This document shows positions 58,225 to 64,000 of a stretch of 64,000 bases of DNA, piece after piece. The position numbers and the translations under genes are program-made. Below the pieces are notes generated by a model, which was not told the DNA's origin, searched no databases, and saw only the letters and a program-made list of their open reading frames with translations. The stretch lies in NCBI GenBank assembly GCA_963837405.1, contig CAWINA010000007.1, forward strand, positions 9,600 through 73,599, read 5' to 3'. Origin of the DNA: an uncultured Thermoleophilia bacterium. Its GTDB lineage: Bacteria; Actinomycetota; Thermoleophilia; Solirubrobacterales; 70-9. The number at the start of each line of letters is the position of its first letter. Position 1 is the first letter of the stretch.

Positions 58225-59082
58225 ATGCGCGTGATCGACGTGATGCACCTCGGGCGTCCGAACGTGATCGGCTGCTGGGAGGTCGACGGGGCGCTGGTCG
58301 ACCCGGGGCCGGAGTCCTCGCTGGCGACGGTGCTGGAGGCGATCGGCGACGAGCAGCCGCGGGCGATTCTGCTCACCCACATCCACCTCGACCACGCGGC
58401 CGCGACCGGGGCACTGGTCGAGCGCTGGCCGGACCTCGAGGTCTACGTGCACGAGCGCGGCGCCCCGCACCTGATCGACCCCTCGAAGCTGCTGGCCAGC
58501 GCCGAGCGGCTCTACGGCGACAAGCTGGAGTACCTCTGGGGCAGGATCGTGCCGGTGCCGGAGGCGAACGTGCGGGTGCTGAGCGGCGGCGAGACGGCGC
58601 TGGGGATGCGCGTCGCCTACACCCCCGGCCACGCCTCCCACCACGTCTGCTACCTGCACGAGGAGAGCGGGACCGCCTTCGTCGGCGACGTCGCCGCCTG
58701 CCGGATTCCCCCCTCGCAGCTGATCATGCCCCCGACTCCGCCACCCGACATCGACATCGAGCTCTGGCAGCAGTCGCTCGACACCGTCGCCGGCTGGAAG
58801 CCCGAGCGGCTTGCCCTCACCCACTTCGGCCCGATCGAGGACGACGTTCCCGGCTACATCGAGGAGGTCCGCTCGACCCTCCGCAAGGAGGCCGAGATGG
58901 CGCGCGACCTACCCCAGTACACCTACGAGATCAGCCTCGGCGAGCGGATCCGCGGCCAGCTGGCAATCGAAGGGATCGGCGGCGAGACCCTTGAGGAGAT
59001 CCTGCAGGCGGTCCCGACCGCCTACCAGTGGCCCGGCCTCGATCGCTACTGGCGCAAGAAAGCCGAGCGCGAAGCGGCCTGA
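58225..59082 (+). CDS. MBL-fold metallo-hydrolase
   Basis: LLTHIHLDHAAATG (HxHxDH) and TPGHASHH motifs. ATG at 58225. Confidence 0.85.
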   Translation: MRVIDVMHLGRPNVIGCWEVDGALVDPGPESSLATVLEAIGDEQPRAILLTHIHLDHAAATGALVERWPDLEVYVHERGAPHLIDPSKLLASAERLYGDKLEYLWGRIVPVPEANVRVLSGGETALGMRVAYTPGHASHHVCYLHEESGTAFVGDVAACRIPPSQLIMPPTPPPDIDIELWQQSLDTVAGWKPERLALTHFGPIEDDVPGYIEEVRSTLRKEAEMARDLPQYTYEISLGERIRGQLAIEGIGGETLEEILQAVPTAYQWPGLDRYWRKKAEREAA

Positions 59083-59083
59083 T

Positions 59084-60253
59084 CTAGGCCAGGTGCTCGC
59101 GCATCCGCTCGACGGCCTCTTCGATCCGCTCGTCGGGCGTGGTCAGGGAGATGCGGAAGAAGCCCTCGCCGCTGGGCCCGTACATCGAGCCGGGCGAGAC
59201 GACCACGGCGGCCTCCTCGAGGACGGTCTCGCAGAACGAGGTCGAGCTGTGGCCCTCGGGGACCGGCGCCCAGACGTAGATCGTGCCCTTCGGCGAGTTG
59301 ACCTCGACGCCGATCTCGCGCAGCGCCGAGACGACCAGGTCGCGGCGGCGGACGTAGGTCTGGTTCATCCGCTCCAGCGGGCCGGTCGGACCCTCGAGCG
59401 CGGCGGCGCCGGCGATCTGGACGGCCTCGAAGAGGCCGGAGTCGACGTTCGTCTTCAGCCGCCAGTAGGTCTGGATCGCCTCGGCGTTGCCGAGGATCGC
59501 GGCGCAGCGCCAGCCGGTCATGTTGTAGCCCTTGGAGAGCGAGAAGACCTCGACGCCGATCTCCTTGGCGCCGGGCGTGGCGAGGAAGCTGGGAGCGACG
59601 TAGCCGTCGTAGGTCGTCTCCGAGTAGGCGTTGTCGTGGACGACGAGGATCTCGTGCTCCTTGGCGAAGGAGACGACGCGCTCGAAGAAGCCCTCGGGGA
59701 CGACGGCCCCGGTCGGGTTGTTCGGGTAGTTGAGGAACATCAGGCGCGCCTTCGCGGCGACCTCGGCGGGAATCGCGGCGAGGTCGGGGGCGAAGCCCAG
59801 CTCGGGGACCAGCGGCATCAGCTCGGCGGTCGCGTTGGCGAGGATCGGGCCGCCGGTGTAGACCGGGTAGCCGGGATCGGAGGCGAGCGCGACGTCGCCC
59901 GGGTCGAGGAAGGCGAAGCAGAGGTTGTAGATGCACTCCTTGGCGCCGATCGCCGGGATCACCTCGGTCGCCGGGTCGATCTCGACGCCGAAGCGGCGGT
60001 CGTAGAAGTCGGCGAAGGCCTGGCGGAACTCCTCGCGGCCGCGGTTCGAGGGGTACTGGTGGTTGGCCGGGTCGGCGACCGCCTCCTGCATCGCCTTGAC
60101 GACGTAGTCGTAGGTCGGCTAGTCGGGGTCGCCGATGCCGAGGCTGATCACGTCGATGCCCGAGGCGCGCTTGTCGGCGATCTGCTGCTCGAGTTCCTGG
60201 AACTTGTACGGAGGCATCGCCTCCAGGCGCTTGGATGGATCTGCGATTCCCAT
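59084..60253 (-). pseudogene. dapL: LL-diaminopimelate aminotransferase-like class I aminotransferase with an in-frame TAG at codon 45
   Basis: MGIADPSKRLEAMPPYKFQELEQQIADKRASGIDVISLGIGDPD-TAG-PTYDYVVKAMQEAVADPANHQYP...NYPNNPTG...SLSKGYNMTGWR. Everything is in one frame apart from the stop (plus-strand cta at 60119-60121). Confidence 0.78.
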
Positions 60254-60285
60254 CGGCGCGGAACCCTAACGACTAGCGGGCCGGC

Positions 60286-61136
60286 TCAGTCGCCCAGCTC
60301 GGCGAGCGCGGTCGAGCAGCTCCGGCGAGAGCTCTCCCGCGTAGACCGGCTCGGCCCAGCCGGTCAGCCGCACCGCGAGGTCCTCGCCGATCTCGACCTC
60401 GAGCTCGCCGCCTTCGAGCTCGACCACGATCGGGCTGGCCGCGCCGCGCAGGATAGGCGGTCACCGCGGCGCCGCTGGCGCCGGTGCCGGAGGAGAGCGT
60501 CTCCCCCACCCCGCGCTCGAAGATCCGCGCCCGCACCCGGCTGCCGTCGATCTCCAGGAAGGAGACGTTGGTGCGGTTGGGGAACAGCTCGTGGCCTTCG
60601 ATATCCGGGCCGATCGCCCCCAGGTCGAGCTCGTCGAGCTCGTCGCCGACCACGATCGCGCACTGCGGGTTGCCGATCGAGACGTGCTGGAACTCCCACT
60701 CGCGCCCGCCGGCGCTGAGCTTGCCGACGCCGTCCTCGCCGCCGGAGGGGAAGTCCTTGGAGGCGGTCGAGGCCGCTGCCCATATCGACCGCGCAGGTCA
60801 GCTCGCCGGTGATCGTCGGCGTGATCGGGCCCGCCGACGGTCTTGATCGTGAACACGTCCGCGTCGGTCCAGCCGTGGCGGCGCAGGTAGAGGATCGCCT
60901 CCCGCGCCCCGTTGCCCGAGAGCTCGGCCTCCGAGCCGTCCGGGTTGAAGATCCGCAGCTCGGCGACGAACTCGCGGATCGTCGCTCTTGGCGAGCAGCA
61001 GGACGCCGTCGGAGCCGGGCCCGAAGTGCGGATCGCAGAGCCACTCGACCCGCTTCGAGTTCAGCTCCCAGGGGAGGTTCGCCGCCTCGACGATCAGGTA
61101 GTCGTTGCCGAGCGCTTGCCACTTCTCGAATTTCAC
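60286..61136 (-). pseudogene. dapF: diaminopimelate epimerase, about 5 frameshifts
   Basis: KWQALGNDYLIV, FNPDGSEAELSGNGAR, SIGNPQCAIVV and ERGVGETLSSGTGASGAAV lie in shifting frames. Shifts are near 60983, 60830, 60785, 60453 and 60320. Confidence 0.8.
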
Positions 61137-61147
61137 CGGCGTGGCAC

Positions 61148-61890
61148 CTATTCCACGCCAAGCTCGACAGTGATCTCGGTCGGCGAGTCTGCGTCGTCGC
61201 TGAGCCCGGTGCGGTCGATCGGTGGTCAGGTTCGGGAATCTTTCGCATCCAGGTGAGCTGGCGGCGGGCGTAGTTGCGGGAGCGCTGCTTCATCGCCTCG
61301 ATGTCGCCGGCGAGCAGCTCGTCGAAGCCGAGCGCCTTGCGGGCGGTGCGCGACCGGGCCGAGGGCGTCGGCACGGCGCGCCTCCTCGGCGGCGCCGGCG
61401 GCGACGATCGCCTCGACCCGGGCGTCGATCCGCTCGTACAGCGGCGCTCGGTCCATGTCGAGGCCGAAGATCCTGGTCGGGTGGCGGGTCTGCGGGCGAC
61501 CACAGCTCCGACTCCTCCGATTCGGCCGGGACCTTGCGCAGCGAGAGATTCGCCAGCGCCGCTCGCAGGTAGAGGCCGGTTCCCCCAACCACGATCGGGA
61601 TTCGACCCGCCGCGAGCGCCACGTCGCCCTCCCGATGAGCAAGCGGCATGTAGTCGCCGACCGAGAAATCGCTCGGTGACCGGCACGAAGCTCAGCAGAC
61701 GGTGCTCCAGCCGCGCCTGCTCCTCCGCCGTCGCCGCCCCGGTCAGCACCCCGAGCCCCTCATAGACCTGCAGCGCATCGCAGTTGATCGCAACCGGATC
61801 CTCTCCCCGCTCCCGCAGCTTTTCAGCAAGCGAGATCGCCACCCCGGTCTTCCCGACCCCGGTCGGCCCGAAGACCGCGAGCATTGTCAC
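61148..61890 (-). pseudogene. miaA: tRNA dimethylallyltransferase, about 4 frameshifts
   Basis: VFGPTGVGKTGVAISLA, PIVVGGTGLYLRAAL, RIDARVEAIV and YARRQLTWMRK lie in different frames. Shifts are near 61670, 61497, 61372 and 61238. Confidence 0.8.
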
Positions 61891-63266
61891 CGGGGTATCC
61901 GCGAAGCCCCGAACGGCTTGTACTTTTTCGGTCTCACCGAAAAAGTTGAGAGGGGCTTTGCGGATACCCCGCTCAGCGTCTGCGAAGTAGCGGCGTCGAT
62001 CGCCACGTCGACGAACTCCCCGGGCTCGGCGATCCCGTCGAAGTTGACCGCCTTGTTGTGGCGGGTGCGCCCGCGCAGCTTCGTCTCGTCGGTGCGGCTG
62101 GTGCCTTCGACCAGCACCTCAATCGTGCGTCCGACGAAGCGCTGGGCCCGCTCCGCGGCCCGCCGCTGCACCGCCTCGACCAGCCGTTCCATCCGCTCGA
62201 CCTTGACCGGGTGTGGGACCTGGTCCCCCAGGGTCGCAGCCTCGGTTTCGCGCCGCGGCGAGAAGACGAAGGTGAAGGCACCGTCGTAGCCAACCTCTTC
62301 GACCACTTCCATCGTCTCCTCGAAATCGGCCTCGGTCTCGCCCGGGAAGCCGACGATGATGTCGGTGGTGATCGCACAGTCGGGCACGTGCTCGCGGATC
62401 AGCGCGACCCGGTCCATGTAGCGCTGGCGGTCGTAGGTGCGCCGCATCCGTTTGAGGATCGCGCTGGAGCCCGACTGCAGCGGCAGGTGGATCTGCTCGC
62501 AGAGCGCCGGCAACTCCGCATGGGCGCGGATCACGTCCTCCTTCATGTCCTTGGGGTGTGGGCTCGTGTACCGAATCCGCTCGATTCCCTCGATCGCGTC
62601 GACGGCGCCCAGTAGCTCAGCGAAACTGATCCGGGCCGCAGGCGGCAGGTCGCGGCCGTAGCTGTTGACGTTCTGGCCGAGCAAGGTCACCTCGCGCACA
62701 CCGTCGGCGGCCAGCGCGTTCGCCTCGGCAATCAGCTCGCCAGGGTCGCGGCTGACCTCGCGGCCCCGAGTCGAGGGGACGATGCAGTACGAGCACTTGC
62801 AGTTGCAGCCTTGGGAGATCTGCAGCCAGCCCTGGAACTCGCGCTCCCGCCTGGTCGGCAGGTGGCCGGAGAAGTCCTCGAACTCGAAGTACCCCTGGGC
62901 GCTGAGCGAGTCGGAGTTGAGGAACTCGGCCAGCTTGTGGATCTGGCCCGGACCGAAGGCGACATCGACGAACGGGAAGCGCTGGAAGACCTCCTCCTTG
63001 ACCGACTGCGCCCAGCATCCGCCGACCCCGACCACGCGGGTCGGGTCTTCGCCCTTCAGCCGCTTCGCCTCGCCGAGGTGGGCGATGAAGCGGCTGTCGG
63101 CGGACTCGCGGATCGAGCACGTGTTGAAGAGGATTACGTCGGCGCCGTCGCGACTCGGCGCCTCTTCATAACCGAGCGAAGCGAGCATCCCCCGCATCCG
63201 CTCGGAGTCGTGCACGTTCATCTGGCACCCGAAGGTGGTGACGTGAAAGCTCTTGCCACCTCGCAT
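61887..63266 (-). CDS. miaB: tRNA-i6A37 methylthiotransferase
   Basis: FGCQMNVHDSE, radical-SAM CNCKCSYCIVP, and a C-terminal TRAM region; 459 aa. Overlaps the miaA start. Confidence 0.95.
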   Translation of the reverse strand: MRGGKSFHVTTFGCQMNVHDSERMRGMLASLGYEEAPSRDGADVILFNTCSIRESADSRFIAHLGEAKRLKGEDPTRVVGVGGCWAQSVKEEVFQRFPFVDVAFGPGQIHKLAEFLNSDSLSAQGYFEFEDFSGHLPTRREREFQGWLQISQGCNCKCSYCIVPSTRGREVSRDPGELIAEANALAADGVREVTLLGQNVNSYGRDLPPAARISFAELLGAVDAIEGIERIRYTSPHPKDMKEDVIRAHAELPALCEQIHLPLQSGSSAILKRMRRTYDRQRYMDRVALIREHVPDCAITTDIIVGFPGETEADFEETMEVVEEVGYDGAFTFVFSPRRETEAATLGDQVPHPVKVERMERLVEAVQRRAAERAQRFVGRTIEVLVEGTSRTDETKLRGRTRHNKAVNFDGIAEPGEFVDVAIDAATSQTLSGVSAKPLSTFSVRPKKYKPFGASRIPR

Positions 63267-63292
63267 GCGGCGAGATTAGCGCCAGGGACCGC

Positions 63293-63928
63293 TTACTTGA
63301 CGGTGAGGGGACCTTCCATGCCCGCCTCACGGTGGCCTGGCACGGAGCAGAAGAAGACGTAATCGCCCGGTTCCAGCTCGACCGTGGCCGATTCTTCTTC
63401 CTGCATGATCACCTCGGTGCCGCCGACCTCTTCGCCGCCCTTTTCGATCTTGACGTCGTGGCCGATCGCCGAGGGGTTGTTGAAGTCGATCTCGACTTCG
63501 CCGGCTTCGGTTTCCAGGCTCGTCTCTTCGTAGGCGAGTTCGCTTTCGTTGGCGACTACTTCGAGCGTGCCGCCGGGACCGGCCGCTTTGCCACCGGATT
63601 CCTTCTTCTCGCCCTTCTCGCTTGGGCGGGCGCCGCCTTCGTCCTCCTTCTGGAGGTCGTCTTCTTCGGCTTCTTCGAAGGGCTCGCCGTGCTCCTCGGC
63701 CTCGAACTCCTTGTTCGCGTGCTCCAACTCGTGCTCGCGGTGTTCCTCGTGTTCCTTCGCATAGAGCACGGCAAAGGTGCCGGCGCCGACGGCGAAGACG
63801 GCGAACCAGACAACCACCACGGCCATCAGCTTGCCGGGGAACTTTTCGGCTTTGAGGCCGATGAAGCTGACGACCACCGCCGAAACGGCCAGGGCGATGC
63901 CAACTATGTAGAAGACGGTTTCCTTCAT
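63293..63928 (-). CDS. membrane-anchored cupredoxin (type-1 copper protein)
   Basis: Two N-terminal TM helices, an acidic E/K-rich linker, and Cu ligands IGHDV ... FFCSVPGHREAGM (His-Cys-His-Met). Confidence 0.8.
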   Translation of the reverse strand: MKETVFYIVGIALAVSAVVVSFIGLKAEKFPGKLMAVVVVWFAVFAVGAGTFAVLYAKEHEEHREHELEHANKEFEAEEHGEPFEEAEEDDLQKEDEGGARPSEKGEKKESGGKAAGPGGTLEVVANESELAYEETSLETEAGEVEIDFNNPSAIGHDVKIEKGGEEVGGTEVIMQEEESATVELEPGDYVFFCSVPGHREAGMEGPLTVK

Positions 63929-64000
63929 GACTAGCGCCGGGAATCCTATCCCGAGCGGTGCCTTTTAGGCGGCCTGAGCCTCCGGGACCGTCTCCGCCGG

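Noticed and set aside
60119-60121. The TAG in dapL as pyrrolysine or another sense-recoding event
   Set aside because: No pyl genes or PYLIS-like context were seen. All other genes in the window that end in TAG terminate where their homologues end. A point mutation or base-call error is far simpler.
1-64000. A mobile element, prophage, defence island or toxin-antitoxin module
   Set aside because: No transposase, integrase, recombinase, terminal inverted repeats, phage structural genes or recognisable defence or TA domains were found on either strand. The only atypical-composition segments are two small orphan ORFs and the spacer at 1.0-1.6 kb.
63965-64000. A partial minus-strand CDS ending ...AETVPEAQAA-stop at the window edge
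   Set aside because: Only 12 codons are visible, which is too short to support a call.

Overview
High-GC (about 70% by eye) chromosomal core segment that looks actinobacterial. The lineage call is inference only, based on the SepF/YggT, GarA-FtsR, MurT/GatD, VKOR-DsbA, WS/DGAT and DapL-type gene content. No transposase, integrase, phage gene or CRISPR array was seen.

Gene order:
- a truncated MarP-like protease that runs straight into a 23S rRNA 3' fragment plus 5S rRNA
- murA
- a his operon (hisZ-G-D-B-H-A-F)
- a distal cell-division cluster (pgeF-ylmE-sepF ... yggT-lspA-rluD) interrupted by phoA and proC
- the rpsB-tsf-pyrH-frr-uppS-cdsA-dxr-rseP-ispG-proS block
- a tight pgsA / small coiled-coil / FHA / MerR / SRPBCC / FAD-oxidase cluster
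- nadE, a secreted HEXXH protease, WS/DGAT and dinB
- a redox-folding group (ccdA, VKOR, DsbA, Bcp, cyclophilin) mixed with lipid genes
- murT-methyltransferase-gatD
- a MarR/MFS pair, dut-hflX, and dapL-dapF-miaA-miaB

The most striking property is about 50 ORF-breaking indels plus one in-frame TAG, spread over 20 genes. This is a by-eye count from frame-hopping homology. The disruptions are very unevenly distributed: 26 consecutive genes between 14.1 and 37.0 kb are intact, while one SDR gene carries about 8 frameshifts in 890 bp. Together with the protease/23S junction, this points to patchy assembly or polishing quality, or alternatively to local gene decay. Either way, it should be resolved before any biology is drawn from the broken genes.

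Biologically interesting candidates:
- a SAM methyltransferase translationally coupled between murT and gatD
- an 89-aa protein carrying a single RsiG-type c-di-GMP motif at the head of a GarA-like/FtsR operon
- a membrane protein that fuses a sigma region-4-like HTH to an RskA-like outer domain
- a 13-bp perfect palindrome that buries the proC start codon
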